From Candidatus Poseidoniales archaeon (GTDB lineage Archaea; Thermoplasmatota; Poseidoniia; Poseidoniales; Poseidoniaceae): DNA of 45,077 nucleotides. The first letter of the stretch is position 1. Each line of letters opens with the position of its first letter. Shown piece after piece: positions 37,688 to 45,077 of the stretch. Both the position numbers and the translations under genes were made by a program. The notes under the pieces were generated by a model. It had not been told where the DNA came from. It worked only from the letters and a program-made list of their open reading frames with translations, and made no database searches. The stretch is from positions 1-45,077 of the forward strand of contig QXXW01000016.1 in the NCBI GenBank assembly GCA_009887255.1, in the 5' to 3' direction.

Positions 37688-39709
37688 ATGAGCATCATGC
37701 GACGGACGGTTTTTGTCAGTATGCTCCTGATAGCCACCGTATGGTTTCCACTCTTCATTGGAACTGCTCAATCCGTGAACGATGGCGAATCTGTGGTGTG
37801 CTGTGATGCTGCAGAAGTGGATTTGTACCTCATTGGAAGCGACAGCAGTGCGACACTTACACCGTTTGCGAGTGAGTTGGGTGACGACGTGCAGAGCATC
37901 GTTGTTGAATCCTCAGCCGTCGGCCAGGAAACTCTCGGCACGTGGTTGCTCCCGGACTTGTGGGAGGGTGCTGTTCCAGGTGGCGTATGGACATTTTCGC
38001 TGGAATACGAAGTATCCGACGCTGCGGGTGTTCAAATCAACGCAACAGCCTCCATCAACATCGGTTCAAAGTCGTTCTCAGCCACCACAGACCCGACCTC
38101 TTCCTTCCTTGCTCAGGGAACTGGCACGTTGTCGTTCGATATTGATGTTGAAGCGTTCACGTCAAGTGGCAACTCAAACTTGGAACTGACCCTCACGGCC
38201 CAGACCATCGTGTTTGAGGTCCCCAACAGCGAGGCATCGTTTGAATTGCTGTGGGGTACGGAGAACAAAGACTCCGCACTTAGCGCAACAATTCCACTTC
38301 TTGACATATGGATGATTGAGCCTGAGGTCGAAGGTTCCGATGTCTACCTCGCCGTTCGATTGGATTCTCCTTGGGGCTTGTCGACACTTTCTCTTTCCGA
38401 CTCGATATCGTTGTTGGTCAACGGACAGCCCGTCACGGGTGACCCGATCGAAACGGCATCCGACGATACGGTCAGGGTAACATGGACATGGGACGGAGCG
38501 GCTGGTGGGGTTGAAACGATTACCGTACAGGTGGAATTGGTGTTCCAACCGGATCAAACCGCATTAACTGGATCATCGGTGTTCGAAATTGAAACGTTTG
38601 ACACAGGGGGCGGCACCGGTACATATTATCCGCCAGATGAACCGCTGCGTACGGACGGCAGTGGCAGTCAACTGGACGTGAACATCCGCTCTGAATTGAC
38701 CAGTGGAAGCAACGGGAAGTTGGTGATGAAGACCACCACCCTCATCACCGTTCATGACGAAGTCGCCTTCTGGATGCGCTGGGGTTTGGATCACATTGGT
38801 GACGATGTGACGCCTCTATCCTCTACTCTCGGTGCTTTTTCAGCAGGTGGAGTCACCGATGATGACCGTATAAGTCGGGCCATTGAGGGGGTTGAAGTGG
38901 GTGAATTTGAGCGCCAAATGGTCAACCTCGGTCAATTGTTCTTAACCAATGGACTTGGTTTGGACAGCGATGAATTGCTCGGCGATTTCCGTAACTTTGA
39001 CCAACTGCAAATTGAACTTGACCTCATGGGTGAATCCAACGTTGTGAACCACCCGGTTTCCATTGTGTTTTTGACCACAACCGAAGTACCGGACGGCGTG
39101 GCCATGAACTTCATTGAACAATTTGTGGTGTCCCAACCTGCTCCGATTTGGTCCTCGATCAACCTTGACGCCGAATATCGTTCCTCCATGCTCACCGCCA
39201 TGACGAACAGCAAGTTGTTGAAATCAGACAACCTCCAGTTGTCCGTATCCCGTAGCCCCTTTGGGGACACGATTTCTCTTGTGGGAGAAGGGTTTGATCA
39301 GGACGAGAACTTTGCCCTCAACATCATCCCAACCTCGGCCATCACCTACGCCCCGATGCCGTTGGCCGTTCTTTCGCTGTTGGCCTGTATTGGCGCCATG
39401 GTCATTGGCCTACGTCTCTCACGAAACCGAATACGTACCTACCTGTACCTCGAACTTGTGCTGCTGCCGGTTATCGCTCTCATCTTCCTGTTTGGATTCC
39501 CACCAGTTTGGGTCGGCTCATCCATCGCCATCACGACTCTTCTTTGGTGGATCACCGCTGTTGCAAGTCCGAAAACGGCTGTTCAACCGAGGCAGTGGCC
39601 CTCAATTTCTTGCCCCAAATGCAGCACTCCCAACCTCGTGGCGAGCGACGAGCGACCGTATCGATTGTCGTGCAGCGGATGCAGCCGAACCATCAAAATT
39701 GAAGGGTAA
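37688..39709 (+). CDS. Membrane protein: signal peptide, large extracellular domain, three C-terminal TM helices, terminal zinc ribbon
   Basis: Hydrophobic N-terminus, acidic beta-rich body, three hydrophobic segments, then CPKC...RPYRLSCSGC. Confidence 0.75.
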   Translation: MSIMRRTVFVSMLLIATVWFPLFIGTAQSVNDGESVVCCDAAEVDLYLIGSDSSATLTPFASELGDDVQSIVVESSAVGQETLGTWLLPDLWEGAVPGGVWTFSLEYEVSDAAGVQINATASINIGSKSFSATTDPTSSFLAQGTGTLSFDIDVEAFTSSGNSNLELTLTAQTIVFEVPNSEASFELLWGTENKDSALSATIPLLDIWMIEPEVEGSDVYLAVRLDSPWGLSTLSLSDSISLLVNGQPVTGDPIETASDDTVRVTWTWDGAAGGVETITVQVELVFQPDQTALTGSSVFEIETFDTGGGTGTYYPPDEPLRTDGSGSQLDVNIRSELTSGSNGKLVMKTTTLITVHDEVAFWMRWGLDHIGDDVTPLSSTLGAFSAGGVTDDDRISRAIEGVEVGEFERQMVNLGQLFLTNGLGLDSDELLGDFRNFDQLQIELDLMGESNVVNHPVSIVFLTTTEVPDGVAMNFIEQFVVSQPAPIWSSINLDAEYRSSMLTAMTNSKLLKSDNLQLSVSRSPFGDTISLVGEGFDQDENFALNIIPTSAITYAPMPLAVLSLLACIGAMVIGLRLSRNRIRTYLYLELVLLPVIALIFLFGFPPVWVGSSIAITTLLWWITAVASPKTAVQPRQWPSISCPKCSTPNLVASDERPYRLSCSGCSRTIKIEG

Positions 39710-39764
39710 TATTGGATTGGCTCAATCGACTTTGGTGACGCCGTCGAGTGAAGAGTTGTCCAAA

Positions 39765-40175
39765 TCAAAGTCCAAGTCCCTTCAAACTCTTGACCAAGTC
39801 CATCGCTTCTTGGTAGTCTCCAGGAGAGAAGTATCCTGAAAATGTCTCGTTATCGTCGACGGCGACCACGGCTTGTGGGCTTCGCTGTCGGATGTCCTTG
39901 AGGACGGCGGAAAGTCCATCGCTGAGGTTCACCTGAAGAAAATCCATCTCCATATGGGCATGGCATGGCTCATCATTCGGGTTCACACCGTTGGCAAGGG
40001 CTTGGATGAGTTGTCGTTGGCCGATAACCCCCTTCACCCTTTCATCTCCGTCGAGAACAACCAAGATTCCACCGGTGATGGTTAACAGCCGCAACGCCGC
40101 TTCTTGAAGCGTATCGTCCATGCCGATGGTCATGTGTTCGTCGTCAAGTTTGAGGTCACTGACCTGTTTCGCCAT
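39765..40175 (-). CDS. CBS-domain protein
   Basis: Tandem CBS pattern (DTLQEAALRL...LVVLDGDERVKGVIG; LSAVLKDI...VVAVDDNETFSGYFS). Confidence 0.8.
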   Translation of the reverse strand: MAKQVSDLKLDDEHMTIGMDDTLQEAALRLLTITGGILVVLDGDERVKGVIGQRQLIQALANGVNPNDEPCHAHMEMDFLQVNLSDGLSAVLKDIRQRSPQAVVAVDDNETFSGYFSPGDYQEAMDLVKSLKGLGL

Positions 40176-40210
40176 GGACCGAGAGGAAGGTCCCGGATTA
40201 GGTCTTTTCC

Positions 40211-41950
40211 TTACACAGATTCCGTTGTTCGTTCGTGGCAGAGGAAGAATGAACCGTCTTCCATCACCTTTGCATAACCGATTCGTTCGAGTTGCACGAT
40301 GGTACCAACAGGATGGTTGTGGGGTTCAATAAGGCCCTCTATGGCCGTGATTTCCCCGCCACTCGTGCTCATCAAGACCGCTTCAACGGCGTGTTGCTCT
40401 GGAAGCCAGTGTACGATGGGGCGCCGGTCCGAACGGTCCAATGAAACCAGAGCGGCCTTGGAATTCTCAATGCTCACATCGGCGTATTCCTTGAGCCGCA
40501 CATCCCCTTTGATGGCATCTTCTGGTTCAAGCCAGATGCCCGTGGTGTTGAGTTCCCAACGACGCTGGCCCTGATCTGGATGGTTGGGGTGGATGGGGAA
40601 TTGCAACACTGTAGCGGCATCATGAGCGTTCAAGTCCAAGCGTTGTGGGTGTCGAACGAAGGAAAGTCGAGGGGCTTGGTCATCCACTGCTTTGGTGTTG
40701 TGAGAGTAGAGGGTGGATAGAGGGACTGAGATGTCCTTCTGGGTGATGCCGAGTTCGGTCCAAAACCCTCGGAGTGCAGCGGCCGTGATGCCTCGACGAG
40801 CCAAGCCAGCCAACGTGGGCAAGCGAGGGTCGTCCCATCCTGTGAATTCCCCTGCTTCGATGTTTTTTCTCATGGCAGAGGTGGAAAAGCCTCCCCATTC
40901 GTGTACTTTTACTCGCCCCCAATACATGGTTTCAGGATAGGTCCAACCGAAATGCTCGTAGAGCAAGGTCTGTTTTCTTGTCGAATCCATGAGGTCCTTT
41001 CCACGAATGATGTGGGTGACGCCTTGAAGGTGGTCTTCGACGGCACTTTGGAAATCCAAAAGGGGCCAAACGGTGTGGCGGCTCCCGACGTTCGGCCTTG
41101 GGTGTGGGTGAGCTTTGGTGTCTTGGATACGCAGGGCCGGCCAATCTCGGAGTGCAGGATTTTTCAACGTCATGTCGGTTTTGACTCGGACAACGGCGTC
41201 TCCCTGTTGGTAGGTGCCGTTGAGCATCGAGGCCCATCGCTCCATGTTTTCAGCAACGTTGTTTGGGCGGCACGGGCATTCTGTTTTGTTCACCCGATGT
41301 TCTCGAAAGGCTTCCGCTGAGCAGGTGCACACATAGCCGAATCCCTGCGAGAGCATCTCTGTGGCATGCTGGTGGTAGTGTTCCATTCGTTCTGATGCGA
41401 TGACCACTCGGTCTGGACCTCGGCCCATAAGCCAAGTTGCTTCTTGCTCAATTTGGGCATAAGCACTCATCATGGGCGGTTTCACCTTCGTGTCGGTATC
41501 GTCAAACCTGAGGATCAACACGCCATCGTACATCTCTCGATACGAACTGTTGATGACCAGCCCTCGAGCGTGACCAAACGAAAGCGGCCCGTTCGGGTTT
41601 GGAGCGAACCTGAGGACTACGCTCCCTTTCGTGGCGTTTTTGAGTTCTGGCAACCCTTCTCGCTTGGTCTGTTTTACCTTCACCTCGAGGAGATGAGGTG
41701 CCTCTCGAAGGAGGAGGTCACGAACATGGTCGAGGCCTTCGGATGCGGCCAACCCGTTGGCTTGGTTGACATGGGTGGCCACCAGCCCGGAAATCGTTTT
41801 CCCGTGTTGGCGTAAATCGCTTCGCGCACCCATTATTCGGCTGATGACAGAGCCAATAGAGGCTTTTCCTTCGTATTGAAGTGCATTCTGAAGAGCGAGA
41901 TGATGGATGAATCGAACGGTTTCCTCATCGGGTATCCATTCATTCGTCAT
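40211..41950 (-). CDS. gltX: Glutamate--tRNA ligase (archaeal type)
   Basis: ALQNA N-terminal extension, LRFAPNPNGPLSFGHAR, LRFDDTD, YVCTC, NPALRDW, THIIRGKD, GWDDPRLPTL, QLERIGY. ATG 41950 preferred (41977 is an alternative). Confidence 0.97.
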   Translation of the reverse strand: MTNEWIPDEETVRFIHHLALQNALQYEGKASIGSVISRIMGARSDLRQHGKTISGLVATHVNQANGLAASEGLDHVRDLLLREAPHLLEVKVKQTKREGLPELKNATKGSVVLRFAPNPNGPLSFGHARGLVINSSYREMYDGVLILRFDDTDTKVKPPMMSAYAQIEQEATWLMGRGPDRVVIASERMEHYHQHATEMLSQGFGYVCTCSAEAFREHRVNKTECPCRPNNVAENMERWASMLNGTYQQGDAVVRVKTDMTLKNPALRDWPALRIQDTKAHPHPRPNVGSRHTVWPLLDFQSAVEDHLQGVTHIIRGKDLMDSTRKQTLLYEHFGWTYPETMYWGRVKVHEWGGFSTSAMRKNIEAGEFTGWDDPRLPTLAGLARRGITAAALRGFWTELGITQKDISVPLSTLYSHNTKAVDDQAPRLSFVRHPQRLDLNAHDAATVLQFPIHPNHPDQGQRRWELNTTGIWLEPEDAIKGDVRLKEYADVSIENSKAALVSLDRSDRRPIVHWLPEQHAVEAVLMSTSGGEITAIEGLIEPHNHPVGTIVQLERIGYAKVMEDGSFFLCHERTTESV

Positions 41951-41973
41951 GATTGTGCGCTGAAGCGCTCCCC

Positions 41974-42711
41974 TCATGAAATGCTTGGGTCTTCAGATTG
42001 AAACAGCGTGTGTTGGACGGTTGGAGGTTGGCCTCGCGTTGGGGGCTGGCCGGCATGATGGCGTGCCCAATACCGCTTGACAGTGGCCCATTCCCATCGC
42101 ACATCCACATCAATCGATTCCGAGGTGATGAGGCTAGGAAGCGCTTGCACAGTAGCAGGGTCACTTGGATAGCCAGACCCAAGGGGTCGTTCGAGTCGTT
42201 TTGCCATGTCGCTCATGGCTTGATCACGATGTGTTTTTGCAAGGATACTGGCCATGGCCACCACCGGGTCACGATCGTCGGCTTTGTGTTCGCTCACCAT
42301 CCTGCACCCCACCCATGGCCACCCCGGTAGGAGATTGACGATTCGCTGAGTGAATCGCTCGGCGTTCACATCGCATGCGTCCGCCAGAACACTCAACCCG
42401 GTCGTTGGGCCCAAATCCTGAATGGCTTTCGCAAAACCTCTGACTTCCAACCAGTTCAGGCCGTCAGCATGCAATGCCTCGTCAATGTTTGCGGCGGAAT
42501 ACACCACTAGGTTTGAACACCATCCCCGTTCATTGCCCACTTGTTTGAACCAATTGACCAGCTCGTCACGACGTTTAGCAGACAGTCGTTTCGAATCTCG
42601 CACACCCGCTTGAACCAGCAGGGGGACGTCCTGTTCGGGAATGCCACAAGCAGCGATGACCAATGGCCCCAACACGGGTCCTCGTCCCGCTTCATCCAGA
42701 CCGACTCGCAC
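41974..42711 (-). CDS. rnhB: Ribonuclease HII
   Basis: GLDEAGRGPVLGPLV, GVRDSK, DACD, EHKAD, ASILAK, GSGYPSD. GTG start. Confidence 0.96.
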   Translation of the reverse strand: MRVGLDEAGRGPVLGPLVIAACGIPEQDVPLLVQAGVRDSKRLSAKRRDELVNWFKQVGNERGWCSNLVVYSAANIDEALHADGLNWLEVRGFAKAIQDLGPTTGLSVLADACDVNAERFTQRIVNLLPGWPWVGCRMVSEHKADDRDPVVAMASILAKTHRDQAMSDMAKRLERPLGSGYPSDPATVQALPSLITSESIDVDVRWEWATVKRYWARHHAGQPPTRGQPPTVQHTLFQSEDPSIS

Positions 42712-42720
42712 ACCAGCCCC

Positions 42721-45075
42721 TCAGAAATCTAAATCGTCGTCTTGCCAAAGTGGGGGTGTATTGGTGGTGGTTGTCCCCGGTTTGGTTTGGCTTGGCATGC
42801 TGGATGTGGGCGGTTCAGTTACCTCAACCGGTGGGGCAATGTCCAGCATTGGAGAGGCGATTTGACCAGCTTGAAGAGCGTTCAGGAGGTCATCAGCACG
42901 TTGCAATTCCCGTTCTTCCGTTCGTTTTTCAAGAACGAGTTGTGCGGCGTTGACGAGCTGAGGATTCACCGGCGTTTGTTGTACTGCGGCGTGGCCGTGT
43001 TGTTGACGAAACTGCCTCGCATAGTCCTCTTTGTGGATTGCATCTGGAGTGCTCTCAGGCTCAATTCCGGGTGGTGTGGCAGGCTCAGAGGGCCCTGAAT
43101 TGAATTTGGCCATCCAATCGTCAGCGGTTTCGGATGCACGTTGGTAAGGCATGAGAGTGTTTTCGGCCCTTCTGCGCTGACGAGCACGCACGGCCACCAC
43201 AACCAAAGCAAAGGAGAACGCACTCGCCAAGAGGACACCCGCCCATGCCTCAAGATAGGCCAACGACAAGGACACCCTTTCGGCCCAAACCGAGGCCTCA
43301 TCATCTTCACCAAGCGGTTGCCAAGGCGTCCCGAGATAATCCGCTTCTGTGGTGTGAACAAACATGTCTTCGGGCGTGTAGCGAGAACGCAAGGTGGTGT
43401 TGAGAAACATGGTGCCGTTCGAGGACTGATCTTGTGGCAATTCGGCCCAAGCACGCAAGGTGAAGGTGGAACCAATGGGTATTGTATTGATTTCCATCGA
43501 TCGTGGTTCAAGCACGCCATCTTCGTAAACGGCACCTTCTGGTGGGACGAGTCCCATCCCAACGGCATGACTTGATTGGAGTTGAACCATCAGCCCATCC
43601 GCAGCGTTCCCGTCGTTACGAACTTCAAAAGCCATGGAGAGCCGACCGTTTCGGTCAACCGTTTCATCCACGACGGTTAGATTCCAACGAATCAAAGGGC
43701 TCACGCGCAAATTCACTGATTGTGCGGCTACAACTCGACCGGTATCGTCCACAACCTCAAGGTCCATGGTTCCCCTGGTGAAGGCCAAGAGTTCTGGACG
43801 TGAAACAACGGTGACCACGGCCAATTCCTTTTGCTGACCTCTGAGGAAAAACGCACGGTCTGTTTCCCCGACTGAAGTGTTGAAGCCGTCGGTCACATCC
43901 GCAATGCGAACCGTGAAGGTGTTGAATGAATTCCCTGTGTTTGTTACCGTGGTCTCAACGGTGCAAGAGTTGATCTCGTTGAGATCGTCGCAACCCTGGT
44001 GTGCCACTGAGAACTCAGCCCCAGTGGTTCGCACGATGGTGGCCTGTACCGTTGTTTCTCGTTGCAACAACGAGGCACCCTGTGCAAACACCATCAGTTT
44101 GACACGAAGTTCACCTGTCAGTTCGTAGGGGGCTTGTATGCCTACTTCGACCACCCTGGATTCGTTGGGCGACAACGGGACGTCTTCCAAGCCACCAAAC
44201 AGGGCCACGGTCCATCCACTGACGTTGAATCTGTCTGAACGTGTCATCCCTGGCAACACTTGACCGTCCTCATCAACGGCGACCATGCTGATGTTGATGG
44301 TGTTGACCGTGTTGCCCACGTTTCGAACCGTTATCTGTGCCCGACCGTCCTGGGTTGGTGATAGGGTAAGGTTGGAATCGACGTGGTCGATGCTTACGTT
44401 TCGTTTTTCATTCATCAACAGATCAAACTGCCACGTGTGGGCAGCGAGGTCCAATCCTGAAACACCCGTGAGTGTGAACCTCGGCCCTGTTCCCGCCAGA
44501 GGCGCGCCGTCAAGAACTTCAGGAACGTCCACCCAAAGGTACACGTAGCCAGTCTGACCTTGCGTGAGGTTCAACACCGCTTGGCCCTGGGTGTTGCTGT
44601 CCATGTTCCAACCCCAGGACCATGACGAAGGCGAGGACAATGAAAACGTCACGTTGTCAACACGTTCGGCGTTGTTGGTCATGTTGACCGCTACGGAAGT
44701 TCTCACCGTTTCATCGACGATAAACTGAGAAATGCCATTCACACCCCAACTCAGGTTTGAGTAAGGTGCAATTCGCACACTCATGTTGACCGAGAGAACA
44801 GCATCGGTGTCAACATCTCCTGTGATGTGAAAAGTGATGTTGCTGCTCTGAAAAGCTGAGGCATTGGACGCCATCACTTCAAACGTGAATTGATGGAGAT
44901 GGTTGGCCGCTAAATCCGCGCTCGTTGGGAGACCAAGCACGGTCAAATCTGTATGATTTGAAACCACATCAATCGTTACGGTTTGGGTGACGCTGGCCGT
45001 GTTGTGAACGGTGACGTACGTGGTTACGGCCTCTCCGGGATGAACGATCACATTCTCTTCAGATACGGCTTCCAA
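42721..45075 (-). CDS. 5'-truncated large membrane-anchored surface protein with COG1470/NEW3-like Ig repeats
   Basis: Frame is open at the window edge. Repeated 'VxNxGN' modules (VRNVGNTVN, VTNTGNSFN, VRNDGNAAD), a TM near the C-terminus followed by RARQRRR, and a Pro/Gln-rich cytoplasmic tail. Confidence 0.78.
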   Translation of the reverse strand: MEAVSEENVIVHPGEAVTTYVTVHNTASVTQTVTIDVVSNHTDLTVLGLPTSADLAANHLHQFTFEVMASNASAFQSSNITFHITGDVDTDAVLSVNMSVRIAPYSNLSWGVNGISQFIVDETVRTSVAVNMTNNAERVDNVTFSLSSPSSWSWGWNMDSNTQGQAVLNLTQGQTGYVYLWVDVPEVLDGAPLAGTGPRFTLTGVSGLDLAAHTWQFDLLMNEKRNVSIDHVDSNLTLSPTQDGRAQITVRNVGNTVNTINISMVAVDEDGQVLPGMTRSDRFNVSGWTVALFGGLEDVPLSPNESRVVEVGIQAPYELTGELRVKLMVFAQGASLLQRETTVQATIVRTTGAEFSVAHQGCDDLNEINSCTVETTVTNTGNSFNTFTVRIADVTDGFNTSVGETDRAFFLRGQQKELAVVTVVSRPELLAFTRGTMDLEVVDDTGRVVAAQSVNLRVSPLIRWNLTVVDETVDRNGRLSMAFEVRNDGNAADGLMVQLQSSHAVGMGLVPPEGAVYEDGVLEPRSMEINTIPIGSTFTLRAWAELPQDQSSNGTMFLNTTLRSRYTPEDMFVHTTEADYLGTPWQPLGEDDEASVWAERVSLSLAYLEAWAGVLLASAFSFALVVVAVRARQRRRAENTLMPYQRASETADDWMAKFNSGPSEPATPPGIEPESTPDAIHKEDYARQFRQQHGHAAVQQTPVNPQLVNAAQLVLEKRTEERELQRADDLLNALQAGQIASPMLDIAPPVEVTEPPTSSMPSQTKPGTTTTNTPPLWQDDDLDF

Positions 45076-45077
45076 GT

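Noticed and set aside
710..41977. Upstream-extended starts in the ORF track (710, 2130, 13885, 26768, 28428, 28506, 33965, 37108)
   Set aside because: The extensions overlap neighbours or promoter regions and precede the recognisable signal peptide or first domain motif, so later ATGs were chosen.
1..45077. CRISPR array, tRNA/rRNA, IS/transposase, integrase, reverse transcriptase or DGR template repeat
   Set aside because: All intergenic gaps are under ~190 nt, with no regularly spaced direct repeats or cloverleaf. No ORF shows transposase, integrase or RT motifs, and I saw no long nucleotide-level duplication by eye.

Overview
Gene-dense archaeal chromosomal segment with 28 credible CDS, two of them cut by the window edges. 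I found no rRNA, tRNA, CRISPR array or mobile element. Archaeal-type uS15, GluRS, RNase HII and ArcS, together with DnaJ and many very large acidic surface proteins, point to a Thermoplasmatota archaeon, most likely Marine Group II (Ca. Poseidoniales); this assignment is inferred. The left ~26 kb is a cell-surface island. It holds an S8 protease, a 1.46-kaa beta-helix/Ig membrane protein, an HTH-STAND NTPase-TPR protein, an operon of a YycJ-like metallo-hydrolase plus three class III (type IV pilin-like) signal-peptide proteins, a 1.9-kaa Ca-binding DxDxDG-repeat/propeller protein, a 1.8-kaa membrane-anchored protein and a metzincin-like lipoprotein. The right part is mostly housekeeping (dnaJ, arcS, rps15, gltX, rnhB) with several oddities: a pyroglutamyl peptidase-Nudix fusion, a degenerate DHH/RecJ-like protein and a GT2 lacking its DxD. 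At the DNA level, a non-canonical TATA-like element recurs 29-31 nt upstream of many start codons, often followed by a short inverted repeat. All family calls come from motif recognition by eye; no database search was run.
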